64,000 bases of DNA, taken from the NCBI GenBank assembly GCA_964199315.1, contig OZ116710.1, forward strand, positions 3,348,001 through 3,412,000, in the 5' to 3' direction. The position numbers and the translations under genes were made by a program. Shown here piece by piece: positions 46,416-58,244 of this stretch. Source of the stretch: Orbicella franksi (Eukaryota). The notes below the pieces were generated by a model. That model made no database searches, was not told the origin of the DNA, and saw only the letters and a list, made by a program, of their open reading frames with translations. The first letter of the stretch is position 1; each line of letters starts with the position of its first letter.

Positions 46416-46811
46416 ATTATTTGAGTGCGCTATGGAGTATGGGATCGTTTGGGAAGACAACATAGCTTTAGGCTGAATGCCGAAGCCAGAAATTGTCCTG
46501 TACATATTTGTAACCTCCCTAAGCCTCCCAAACGACCTCGGACGCGTTCGTTAGATCGATGTTTCGAAGCAGTACATATGTCGTATTTCATGTAAGTAAT
46601 GACATTATCTAAGGTTCGGATAACACACGGAAAGTTTCGTGATCGTTTCCCGATCGGAGCCGATCATATATGTCTATTTACAAATCATCGTGGTTAACTT
46701 GGCCTGGGGACGCCAAACAATCAAACCTATATACAAGTAGTCAAAAAAAAAAAAAGAAAAAGAAAATAATAACCACGAGATTACTCAAGTCTAAAGTTTA
46801 AAATATTTGTT

Positions 46812-49613
46812 TTACTGCCGTTCTGAACCCGGCAAATACCCAGATTGAGAGCTTTGCTCGGTCTCCTCGACCATGGGTTGAAAATTTGATGTCTCATCGG
46901 GTTGCACACTTGGTAGTGGTTGCTTCACCAGGGTATGTAGGTTCGAGGAGCTAATACTCGGTACAGCTTGCTTCACAGCCGGTTGAAGGTTCGTCAACTG
47001 TCGGTCGAACGGCGCTCGGATTTTTGGGCGTGGTCGTTTCACAGTCGGTCGAACGCTCGGCAGTCCTTTCTTTGTGAAGTTTGCCGCTGGCGGATGAGGC
47101 TTGAGCAATGCTGCCCCCTCTTTTGTTGACTGAATTCCGGGCAAGGCTGACTTTACGGTCAGAAGATCGCGCGGTTGTCGTCCTTTCCCTACCGGCTGGT
47201 CATTTGCTCGGCATTGTTTCGCCATACGTTCCAGACGTTGCAGCGCTTCGAACTCTCGCCTCTTAAGGTTCAGAAACGCATACGTCCCTGGCTTCGGTTG
47301 TTCGTTTGGCGGTGTTTCTTTCTTTCGGGAAGAGACACTAGGCACTTCTTCTGAATCTGTAACCGTTAGATTAGCCCTGGTTGGCCTCGCCGGTGCAGGC
47401 CTAGGAGGATTGTGATCCAGGGTATGCTGTGGGTTCAACGCTGTTTCACTCTTCGTCAGGGTTTCCGGTAATGTTCCTGGAACACTTTTCAGTGGTTTGC
47501 CCTCCGTGGCTTGAGGACTAACCTTTGATGGCCTCGTTGCAGGAGGTCTTGGAAAATTATGCTCCGGTGTATATTGTGGGCTCAATAGCGACTCAACTTT
47601 CGTCTGGCTTTTTGTCCCTTGAACGCTCCTCAATGTTTCTCTCGTGGTTTGAGAACTTAACCTCATTCGCCTCGCCACCGGAGGCTTTGGAATCTTATGT
47701 TCCGGTGTTTGTTGCGGGCTGAAGAGCCCTTCTGCCTTCGTCTGGGTTTGTCTCGCTGCTCCTTGAACGTTCCCCAGTGGTTCTACTTTTGTAGCCTGAG
47801 AACTTAACTTCATTCGCCTGGCTGCCGGAGGCTTTGGATTTGTGTGCTCCAAGTTTAGCGGTGGAACTAACCGCTTTGTTTCTGCCTTCGTCGGGGTTTG
47901 TCTCGCTGCTCTTTGAACGTTCCCCTGTGGTTTTACATCTGTAGTCTGAGGACTTGACTTCATTCGCCTCGCTGCCGGACGACTTGGACTTATGTGCTCC
48001 AAGTTAAGCGATGGGACTAACCGCTTTGCTTTTTCCTTCGTCTGGGTTTGTCTCTCTGCTCCTTGAACGTTCCCCAGTGGTTCTACATTTGTAGTCTGAG
48101 GACTTAGCTCCATTCGCCTCGCTGCCGGAGGCTTTGGACTAATGTTTTCCAAGTTATGCGATGGAACTAACCGCTTTGCTTTTTCCTTCGTCTGGTTTTG
48201 TCTCTCTGCTCCTTGAACGTTCCCCAGTGGTTCTACATTTGTAGTCTGAGGACTTAACTTCATTCGCCGCGCTACTGGAGGCTTTGGACTTATGTGGTCC
48301 AAGTTAAGCGGTGGGACTAACCGCTTCGCTTTTGTATTCTTCTGAGTTTGTCTCGCGGCTCCTTGAACGTTTCCCAGTGGTTCTGGAGCCTGAGGACTTA
48401 ACTTTAATCGCCTCGCTGGCGGAGACTTTGGACATAGTTGGTCCAAGTTAAGTGGCGGGACTGACTCTGGACGACTCTTCTTGGTTCGCCTCGTTATTGG
48501 AGGACTTGGAAGAGCTTGTTCCAAAGTAGGCTGCGGGCTCAGCGAGGACTCTGTTGCTAGCGGCTTCACCTCAGCCATAGCTTTTTTCACTGGCTGTTCA
48601 GGACCTCTCTCAGCTTGAACAATCGACAGGGTGCCACTTTGTCTCGGCTGATTCTCCTTAGAACTCGTCGCTGTCGGAGCTGTCTGAAGAGGATGCTCCA
48701 CTGTTGTTCCAAAGTTCTCCGGAGGTTTATCCTTTATCGGTTTAAGACTCGGCATCACTTTTTCCTCTGCTGATTGCAACATTGTCTGGGTCCCTTTCGA
48801 AAGTTTCCGAGGTCTTTTTGAGCCTTTTTTTGAAGCCTTCTTCTTCGGCTTCTGCAATTCCTCCATCCCGCATGGGAGCGTTTCCTTCTCTGCTGATTGA
48901 AGGCTTGTTTGCGCTCGTTCCGCAACCGACGGAGCACTGGATGAAGAGCTGTCTTTTTCTTTCGCCTCAGGACCTTGAGACGCACCGTTTATCATGGAGT
49001 GAACACCTTCCTTGGTTGCGTCCTCTTCTGAGGGTATTGGCGACGTCTGTTCTATGATTGTTGGAAGGATCGGAAGTAGGCGTCTCCGACGCGACCGAAC
49101 GTTTGGCTGCACTATAACTACGGTCGGTTCAATACTCGGCAGAGTGAGATCCTCTAGTGGAGGAATGTCAGGCAGTATTCGTCTCACTGCCGATTTAACC
49201 GTTGGTCGCCCTTTCAGCTCGGGCTTTGGAGCACTCGGTTTAGCCTTCTCTTCAATCGTTGGAAGAATCGACAGCATGTGTGTCATTGAAGTAGCAGCGT
49301 TTGCTTGGATGCTGGGTAGACTTAATTCCCCGATGGTTGGAATACTCGGTAGAGTTCGCTTCACTGCAGAGCTAGGCCTGGGTGGCGCTTTTCTCTCCGA
49401 CGACTGAATTTTTGGTAGATTTAGCTTCTCTGCCGGCTGCAGGCTTGGAAGTGCTTGCTGAACGCTCGGCAGCGCTTGAATCACTGTTGGTTGAATGCTT
49501 GGCAAGGTCACCTTCTCAGGCCACAAAGATTTCTTCTTCGATTCTGCCTCAATCTTGTCAGTTTTCTCGTCACCGACATCATTTGAACGGAGATTCTCTC
49601 CGTTTTGATACAT
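46812..49613 (-). CDS. Single-exon orphan, Pro/Lys/Gln/Ser-rich disordered protein (933 aa from the first ATG; the open frame extends to 49679) with internal 50-aa tandem repeats
   Basis: A 2.87-kb stop-free frame in AT-rich DNA. Repeat-unit length differences are multiples of 3, so the frame is preserved. No recognisable globular domain. Confidence 0.75.
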   Translation of the reverse strand: MYQNGENLRSNDVGDEKTDKIEAESKKKSLWPEKVTLPSIQPTVIQALPSVQQALPSLQPAEKLNLPKIQSSERKAPPRPSSAVKRTLPSIPTIGELSLPSIQANAATSMTHMLSILPTIEEKAKPSAPKPELKGRPTVKSAVRRILPDIPPLEDLTLPSIEPTVVIVQPNVRSRRRRLLPILPTIIEQTSPIPSEEDATKEGVHSMINGASQGPEAKEKDSSSSSAPSVAERAQTSLQSAEKETLPCGMEELQKPKKKASKKGSKRPRKLSKGTQTMLQSAEEKVMPSLKPIKDKPPENFGTTVEHPLQTAPTATSSKENQPRQSGTLSIVQAERGPEQPVKKAMAEVKPLATESSLSPQPTLEQALPSPPITRRTKKSRPESVPPLNLDQLCPKSPPARRLKLSPQAPEPLGNVQGAARQTQKNTKAKRLVPPLNLDHISPKPPVARRMKLSPQTTNVEPLGNVQGAERQNQTKEKAKRLVPSHNLENISPKPPAARRMELSPQTTNVEPLGNVQGAERQTQTKEKAKRLVPSLNLEHISPSRPAARRMKSSPQTTDVKPQGNVQRAARQTPTKAETKRLVPPLNLEHTNPKPPAARRMKLSSQATKVEPLGNVQGAARQTQTKAEGLFSPQQTPEHKIPKPPVARRMRLSSQTTRETLRSVQGTKSQTKVESLLSPQYTPEHNFPRPPATRPSKVSPQATEGKPLKSVPGTLPETLTKSETALNPQHTLDHNPPRPAPARPTRANLTVTDSEEVPSVSSRKKETPPNEQPKPGTYAFLNLKRREFEALQRLERMAKQCRANDQPVGKGRQPRDLLTVKSALPGIQSTKEGAALLKPHPPAANFTKKGLPSVRPTVKRPRPKIRAPFDRQLTNLQPAVKQAVPSISSSNLHTLVKQPLPSVQPDETSNFQPMVEETEQSSQSGYLPGSERQ
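47390..48460 (-). repeat. Coding tandem repeat, 150-bp (50-aa) period, ~5 well-conserved plus 2-3 decayed units
   Basis: The anchor (c/t)TTGAACGT recurs at 47761, 47911, 48061, 48211 and 48361 (150-bp spacing) and at 47617. Unit example: PPLNLDHISPKPPVARRMKLSPQTTNVEPLGNVQGAERQNQTKEKAKRLV. Confidence 0.92.
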
Positions 49614-52600
49614 TTTTACCGTTTTCTCGACTTTTTGTTCACGATAGGTAACGCACAATGAGCTTTTTTCACACAGCAAAAACGCAATGAAATCTCAATG
49701 TGAGAACATCGAACAACTGAAGTTCCTTTATTGCGTAAGCATTTCATAATAATGACGAATGCGCGCGCAATGAAAATTTCTCTAATTCCAATTGGAATTC
49801 ATGAGTTTGGAAAGATTTCAGCAGTTACCGAATTTCCCAAGTTCTGGATAATTTTTAGAAGAATTACAACCTGTCCGAGAGCAACAATCTCCCAATTTGT
49901 CCACAAAAAGTACAGGCAATAGTGAACCATTCTGTTTCCAAACTTCGTTTTCATACTGACGAGTTTCTCAAACGTAGTTTTGTCGATTATAGCGCGCACG
50001 CAAATCTGCTTTCAATTAATTTTTCTCTTATTCAGTTTTCCGAGGGAATCAGTTTAAAAGGTGGTCAAACAGATCCTTAAGAAGACACAGGTTAGAAAAA
50101 CAAGAAATTGAATATCTTTAATGGCTGGTTTGCGCCCGCTGGTATCTGCCTCGTCTCCAGGCTCCCCACTGGTTGGAGCGCGGTGCGCGTGGAATTGCGG
50201 GAATGTTGCGCTTTCATCCAGAATGCTCCGCGTTTCGTTGCCTAACAATCAAGTCCAAAGCTCCCAAGTTCCCATTCCTTAACAAAGGGGGGACCAGAAA
50301 ACGCTTGCATTGCGTAGTAGAAACAACAAGACTTTTGGTAACTTGTCGGGGGCTGTGAAACTATAAACATCTTGCGTTGATCGCTTCCGAGCAAAGTTGA
50401 TCAAGTTGAGGAAAGGAAAACGCCAATCACCGCTTGTGCACGTAGAAAAAAGGCTTGTGTTTCCTTGCGACTTCATTTGGCTTAAGTTATTTCACACGAA
50501 GGGGATCGCATCACCTCGGTGTTATTAAGTGAGGCCCTGCGTGGGCAATATAGTAGTTACAGTTGACTTATTTTCAGTTTTGAGAGAGAAAAAGAGCCTA
50601 TTTTTTTCCTCCATGTAAAATCTTCCTTGATGCTTCATTATTATTATTTTTTTCTTATTTCTTTTCGCGTAAACTTTTAACCATCGCATGCGTCACTGTA
50701 AGAATATCAAACAAACAATACAATGTTAATTTTACTGACGCGCGCATCTCACGAAATCTACACGTACGACCCCACCTCAAAATTTCAGGAATTGGAAACT
50801 GACTCTCATTAAACTTTCTTGCAAAATAAAATATATATCCGCAGGACAGATGCTTCTCAAACTAAGGAAATATGAAATTCGCCTTTTTCAAAAATAGTCC
50901 AAATTCTGTCATGCAGACGGATTGACACCCGATATCAGGAGATTCTCTTTAAAAAATGACGGATTGTCCTCGACCAATTACACCGCGTAAATAGCACTTT
51001 AAGCAGGTACCGTTAGAAAAATGCACCAATATTGACACACAGCTACCCGGGTTATGCCTGTGGCTTTTCCTTGTGACAGAACGTAAATTGTTGACCTGCA
51101 TTTAAAGTCCTCAGCTCTTCAGCAGCCTTTCTGGTAAAATTAGGAACGGAAGAGTTGTGGTTGATTGAAAACAACATTCAGAGCTGGTCTCAAGCTTCTA
51201 TTTTGCGCGTCAAATTGGAGCAGATGTTACATTCGAAATAAACCGTCACTCTTTTGTGAAATTTTACATTTGAATTTGAATTTGTCGTAAGATCTCGTGA
51301 CATATTACGCACACAAGATATGAAGCGCAGCGAAGCTTAAACAATTTATGTATAAATAGCGAGGAAGCATAAAGAACAAGAAAGGTCACACACCATTACA
51401 CTGTTTAAGAAAAAATATTTTTGGGGCCTGGCTACTTAGAAAGCGATTCATCAGTGGAAACGACACTTGGAAACAAACCGAGAACCTCTGTTCGCTAAAA
51501 GGTGAAAGCTAAAAGATCCTTCCAGACAACTACAAAACATTATCATAACGGTATGATGAAGTTATCACTTAATGACTTGAAATTAACCCATAGCATAGCA
51601 ACACAACCATCCGACACAGCTATGCGCTGCAACTCTGCAAGAGCTTGAAGTTTCAAAGACTGAATACGCTGTATTAAAGCCTTGCACAAGAAGGTTTTTT
51701 TTTTTCACCGAACAAACTATATCTTATAAACAGGATTTGGCCACTGTTAAACTACTTTATCCGGAAAGCTCTCTATTTCTCAGTCAAGAATAATTGACAA
51801 ACGTGCTGTCCTCGACTGAATCCGAGCTGTTTGAAGTAATCATAAAGAAGAAAGTTAAATCACAGTTTATTTCACGTTATTAGCCTTCGAGCACACTCTT
51901 CGTGGGGAAAGTTATAATTACAAACTACCGCAGAATGACGAATGTTCACTGCAAACAGCATCGTGTTAATTAAAAGAACGTCCAGAGAATTGAAAATTAT
52001 TTCAGACTTAATTACTGTAGCAGCTGATAACCATATATTTGACTGATGTACCGATTCGAAATCTCTGAAAAGAAATCCAGCATGTTCGGTGAATTTTGTA
52101 GCAATCTCGTAACGCGGAACAACTTCCACGCGAGCGTAAAACTCACATGACAGCGAACGGTGACGATAGGTGAAATGAAATGAAAACTTTCGTCAAAGTG
52201 TTCGGGTTTACATGATATTGATTGCTTTTTGCCAAATATCGAATAATGTTATTATAACACATTCATTCGCTGCACAAATATAACAGCAATGCTATAAAAA
52301 GTTAGCAAACGGCTTGCATATTGGAGTACAAAAATTGGTATCTTTAGATTCAACATACTATGTTCTAGTTAAAATATATCAGTAATTGTCTCTCACGGTC
52401 TGGAATTTCACCTTGTAAGCTAAAACAGTAATCGAATATCTGAAAGAACAGGCACATAGAGATGTTAAATTCAGACCTTCACTTTATTTGTTTTATGATA
52501 GAAGTGTTTACTTGTTCCAGATGAATGACCGGAGTGACCACTAACAATTCTGTTTCGGTTCTCCGTGTCGAATAGCAATTGTTGTTTGACTATCGTGAGG

Positions 52601-54059
52601 CTCTGAGAAAATGAAACTTCAAAATTAAAGGAGGAGGCTTACAAAGTAGATAATGGCACATTTGAGCACCGCTTTAATTAAAACCTATTTTCTAAACTGC
52701 GTACCGTAAATAGCTTATTTATGCTCTAAACTCTCACTCATAAAACACACCAATATGATACAATAACAATGAATTTATTGTAAAGGAGGAATAGGTACAG
52801 CAGTGCCCGTTGCGTAACCAAAATACCAACGAAGAGAACGCAACGAGCATAAACACATATCTTTGTACGTAGTGTTTATGCTGTTTATTGCAGAGCAAAG
52901 GGATTTAAGGCGAATAGGCCAGGTTTAGCTGACGATGCAGCGACGATGAAACACTCTTGTGAGGCATTCATGAATGAAAAGCGGAAGAATATTCCAGTGG
53001 GTTTCAATTTAGCTAAATACTGCTTCAGTGCGGCAGCAAAAACCCGCTTGTCTTGCAAAACACTCTGTCATGAACCATACTGCAGTTGCACACGAACGAA
53101 CTTTGAGCAACAAGACCTTTCTTTATTTTTGAAGTTAAATTTAAATTGTGACAATTTGAAAATACCTAGAATGTGTACCACTTAATTTTGCGTTAATTTC
53201 TTCTTGTTTCACAGGTGAGAGTAAAACGCACAAAGTGAAGTAAAACAGTGTCTTCACAGCTTGTTACATTAAAAGTATATTGCACCAGAGTTTTTTAAAT
53301 TAAACGTCCGAGAGTATGGAGGACATTAAACAAAGGTAACTATAGATTCACAGTAGTCACTGTATAAATTACACCACCTTGAAATAATGTTATTTTTTCA
53401 CTATTGTTTTGCTGAACATATATGAACTAATTTGTGCAACACTTGTGCTTAGTTTCTCTAGTGTGAGAATCTCTAGTAAACGAACGAAAGGTGTAGTTGT
53501 GTGTGTATTTGTAAACAAATAGTTTTGAGTCGATTTTTGCCGATATAGGGATGAATCCCTTCGATCTGTCAGCAGCGAAGGCTAAAACAAGCCACTGACC
53601 AAACGGCCGACCGCCTACTTACTGCCGGACAGACTCGCTGAAGGGTGACTGACTAACCGACTTTCCTACGACGATCTTCCGATGAATGTCGAAGGTCGTC
53701 CGAAGGATCACGAAAACTCTATTTGAGAACTGGAATTTTCGGGCAATTTTCAGACGTAATTGTAGCCCAATTTGTACCTTCAGGATGAATCCGTTAAGAC
53801 AAATTACCTCCGATTAACCTGCATAAATCGTCTAAGAACGCTAAGAAGATATTTTATTTCTACGAATGGATAAATCGTCTACATTATAATGGAGCTATTG
53901 TTGACGAAACTCTACCATGGAGCAAGAGTTATTTGCAAAAACGTATCGATAATCTTCACGGGCATTTAGAGGTTATTTGCCATTACTCCGCGCAACGACT
54001 GCCAGCACAAGAAGGTACTGCATATCAAATGTCACGGAATGACGGAACACCAAGTATCG

Positions 54060-54658
54060 GTATCTATGACAACCGACAGCTAGCCTATTCTACCCTTTAG
54101 CGTATTGCGTGCAATGTTCAAAAAATAGCTTCTGTTTTCCATTCAAGTTGAAAGTTATTTGACTTGAGACCGGAAGTAAATGAATAAGCCCTCTGCTGAG
54201 CTTTATCCTGACTAACAATTTAAAATATTTTGTGCGTAAAAAAATAACACATATCTATATCATTGTCGCTAGCTATTTCAGAAAAGTCACGACGCAACAA
54301 AATTCTACACGCGTGCACTTATCATCCGGCTGTGGCGAAATTAAATCGCCTTTTTTAATTCTCTTGCCATATACAGTCGACAGGTACCACCAGGATTACG
54401 GAATTAAACCAAAGGATAAATGATTTACAAGGCTTAACAGCGCCGACCATAATGTTTATATTTCCCTTTATCTAAATGGAAAAAGGGGATTGGTGTTTTC
54501 AAGAACTATTTAATATGCAACGAAAACATCCCACTCATTAGGCGCAGGTGCTTCGAGACGGTCAGGTTTGTTTGAATTCCAAGTTCTCGACTTGAAAATT
54601 GCAATTGACTTCTTACAAACAAGGCTGGTGCTTCGGCTACTGTTCCCTTTCCATCGTG
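54060..54658 (+). promoter_or_regulatory. Probable promoter and non-coding 5' exon of the 437-aa ORF gene
   Basis: X-box-like GTATCTATGACAAC (54060-54073), CCGGAAGT (54170-54177), donor CGTG|gtaagt at 54658/54659, and a downstream acceptor ccttttacag|ATC at 56907/56908. The in-frame part of the upstream exon has no ATG. Confidence 0.35.
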
Positions 54659-55989
54659 GTAAGTATAAGCTCTTGTGATCTGTTGTCAACGGCCGATCGT
54701 TTTGCACTCCATAAGCTGCAATTCAGAATAACTTAAATGTCTTCTCTAGATAACATAGAGTTTCATGTTTCCATACTGGATCGAACCCGGGGTTATGTTT
54801 GAATGTTTTTGGTCAATTTCATTCAGCATACTACCGCATATAATATGCGTGAAACGATAAGACGTGACGGCTTTATAAAGCGCTTTTTCGCCAACTTGAA
54901 TTCCTTCGATATTTCAAAACCGCGGCAAGAAACCATGGCAGTACATCTCGTGATTAAGATCAGCCATCGCTTAAATCTTTTGCGTTTTAGATTAACTGGA
55001 ATACATGCAAACCAATGTTGTAGTACGCAAGCTTCGAAAACCCGTGCAAGGCTGCCGTGTTACATCTGTATTAGTGGTTAATTGTTACCTTCGGGATTGG
55101 AATACGATCTGGCATCTTAATGGTAAAATATTAAACAAAATTAAACAGGAACAGACCTGACAGGGCTGTGTTGAAATAAAATTCAAAATAGTTTTTTCTG
55201 CATCCATCATGAGCAGAATTTATTCTCTACCGTGTGAATAATCTCGCTTATCTAAAAGCAGAAGTGTCCAAGTTTAGTAAGTATATACCAAAGTACGTGG
55301 CAATGAAACTGTACTGAACTAAAGTACCTTTTAAAAAGCTCCAAAATTATACAACGAAAAAACTTTCATCCCTTTGTTTCAAATAACAAAACTTAAATTT
55401 CGTACAGCTCAAAGAGCTGTACAACAACATCGCAAGTATACTGTACGCACGAAATATAAACAACATTTATCTGATTGATACGCACGAATTGGAAAGTATC
55501 TTGATTCATGTTGTTGTTCTCATCAATGAAAATAAGGTTAAGTAACTTTACAGCTGTAACCAGCGGCAACTGAACCGAAAACCAACAAGACCTCTGTTTT
55601 TATTAAAACTGACTTTTTCCGTCGAATTCAATGTGACAATTCATGGATTTGAGGTCTTATGGGCATAAAAGCTAAGTAAATTGAAGTCTGTAAGTCGGAA
55701 AAAGAAAATATCCAAGCGGCTTTATTTCTATAATTGTGAAGGTATACAGAAATTAAAATTCCACCTGCTATGAGGGTCATTGAGAAACACTGTTCGTTTA
55801 ATAGGCTATCTCTAACAATAAACCTTTAACGGCAGATTATTGAAGTACCAATTCGAAACAAAAAAAAAATAGACAGCTGTCGTGACAATTTATATATTGG
55901 CTCTCTTTACACCGAGCGTTTGAATAACATAACTTGACTACAGTAAATATATACGAAAAGCAACAGTAAGCTACTTTGCAAGAGAATAA

Positions 55990-56165
55990 TTCACCATTTC
56001 CACAATTCCCGTAATACACCTTGTTTGCCCTCCAAAATTCTGCATAACCTTTGTTTCCCATTTCTCCTGGGTATTACAGTCGTCCCAAGAGAAACTGAAG
56101 GGAATGCTTATGTAAAATTCTGGGGGGCAAACAAGGTGTATTCTGGGGGATGTGGAAATGGCGAA
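55990..56165. mobile_element. 176-bp MITE with ~50-bp imperfect TIRs
   Basis: ttcaccatttccac..aatacaccttgtttgccc / gggcaaacaaggtgtattc..gtggaaatggcgaa. Confidence 0.8.
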
Positions 56166-56930
56166 CAGAAAGATCGTATATTTGAAAAACGGAGAAAGAA
56201 GTCTTTCCAGTAATCTAGTTTAATGACACTGAACTAATATATATTGTGATTTTAAAGCTTATCTGTAACCTGACTGTCAATTCAATAATTAAGAACCAGA
56301 TAAACACCTACCTGCTTAGCTAAATATAGGAGTTTTTAAGTGAAAATTCACATAGGACCGGACTAGGGCCTGACTGAGAAAGTATCGAAAAGTAATTTAG
56401 CCATGAGAAAGAGTGGTCCGTACTGTTCTGTAGCGATAAACTGTTTTCATGTTTCCTTGTTTTTACAAGTATAAAGTATTAAAACTAAATTCTGGTTTTA
56501 TTCGAGTGAGTGCTTGTGCGAGTTAACCATCGTTTCTAAGTACAACAGAAAACTGGCGAAGATATCCGATCTTATCTTTCATGTTTTGTGTGGAACGTGC
56601 TTTTAATGAATAAAAACCGCTATTGACAGTTCCATTGTAAAAGCTAACTAAAAATAAATATATTCAGAGCCTTCTGTGTCCCTTGGCCATAAGACCGAGT
56701 AGATAAGTTGATTATTTTATAAATAAACGTAATCTCAGCACAAAACGTTTCTTTCAAGCAGGGGCTCACTTTAATCAACGAGAATTTCTTACATTCTAGA
56801 TCTAATCGCAGTCCATTTTTACTTTTATAATTGAAAAAAAAACTAAGTTGATCCTGAAATAAATAAAGCTGCGTTCTAAAGATTTTTTTTCTCCCTACCT
56901 TTTACAGATCTTTTCAACCGCCAGCTCTCC

Positions 56931-58244
56931 ATGGCTGCCACCTCTCGAAACGACGCGTCCTGGCTCCAAACAGGCTGGGAACAAAATCAGGGTCGTTCTA
57001 GTCAGATGAGGCACTATCGCGCCCCTGCACCACGCCAAAAAGGGGCCAGTAGAAATTCACTTCTGCAATGCAACAAAATGTCAGTTAAAACCAAACAAGT
57101 GGACGATAGAGCCCGACAAATACGCTTTAAATACGGGAAGAATAACTTGGAGAGGGAACTGAATAAAAAGAACGGCACAGACTTGACACCATTTGTCACC
57201 AAAGTTCAAATAAGAAAAATTCAAGAAAGAAGTGCCGGGTTTAATTCAGCGGGAAGAACTTCCCCCAGAAGGAGAAACGAAAGTGAAAAAGTCCACACTT
57301 CCCTTATAGAAAACAGCGAGGAAAATGGAAAAATGACTGATTCTGCACTACTTGGTGACAACAACGATGAAGAGTCTTATTCCAGTCTGGAAACTGTGGA
57401 CGAAAAAGATGAAACATACGAAGAATCCATGTTACGTGAAGACATAATAGCGATCCAAGTCAATGAAAAGAATCAAACGGACAATTATTTATATCCTGAA
57501 ACATCGGAAAACCAGCTTGAAAACGTCCAACATCTTATTAAATACCTGACTCGCAGACTACGGGATCCTTTCGAGGCATCCCGAAAGCAGATCCCGTCCA
57601 CTCGACCAATAGCCGCTTATGCTCGACCAACAAAGGGCGAAATAGCTTTAAGCGTCAAAGGTCCAGTGCTCCTAGCACCCGTGACTAAAGTTGCTATGAC
57701 AAAGTCACGGAGTCACAGTCCAGACAAGCCAAGTAGACTCGAAGCAAGATCGTTACCCGAGTTTGCGGACTCAAGGGCTTTCAGAGCCCGCGCTCGCCCC
57801 ATTTCCTCGGTCAGCGACAGCGTTGTGGTGACAGGGAGGAAAATGCACGGCCCCGCGCGAGTCACGTGGGCAGGACGCGAGCATGCGCAGAATGGCGTGT
57901 TCGACCAGAAGTACAATCTTTGTTCCTCATGCAAAAGTCACTATGGTTCAGATTCGGTGACGAAAATAACACACGAACGCGCCAAAAGTGCAGTATCTGG
58001 GGACGATCGGCAAAGAAAATGCCACGGTTGTCTTCCACAACTTATTTGGCAAACTCCGACAAAACTCTACAGCAGAAATGAAGGAAATCGAAGTACCAGT
58101 CCTAAAAGAAGACAACATTCGCACAAGGGAATGGTATCTCCTTTTGAACTTCAGGTTCATCTTGCTGAACTGTATTCTTATGACTACGGGTCACCAGGGC
58201 CCCCGCCTTCGCTGTCTAACTCAGACGATGAGAGCGCTTCATAA
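56931..58244 (+). CDS. Single-coding-exon orphan, largely disordered basic/acidic protein, 437 aa
   Basis: A 1.3-kb ORF preceded by a polypyrimidine acceptor at 56907, with the ATG in ctctccATGG context. No recognisable domain. Confidence 0.7.
   Translation: MAATSRNDASWLQTGWEQNQGRSSQMRHYRAPAPRQKGASRNSLLQCNKMSVKTKQVDDRARQIRFKYGKNNLERELNKKNGTDLTPFVTKVQIRKIQERSAGFNSAGRTSPRRRNESEKVHTSLIENSEENGKMTDSALLGDNNDEESYSSLETVDEKDETYEESMLREDIIAIQVNEKNQTDNYLYPETSENQLENVQHLIKYLTRRLRDPFEASRKQIPSTRPIAAYARPTKGEIALSVKGPVLLAPVTKVAMTKSRSHSPDKPSRLEARSLPEFADSRAFRARARPISSVSDSVVVTGRKMHGPARVTWAGREHAQNGVFDQKYNLCSSCKSHYGSDSVTKITHERAKSAVSGDDRQRKCHGCLPQLIWQTPTKLYSRNEGNRSTSPKRRQHSHKGMVSPFELQVHLAELYSYDYGSPGPPPSLSNSDDESAS

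Noticed and set aside
47525-49651. Plus-strand ORFs 47525-47722, 48782-49057, 49012-49407, 49382-49651 and minus-strand ORF 48755-48985
   Set aside because: Antisense or alternate-frame shadows of the 2.87-kb ORF, with no independent features.
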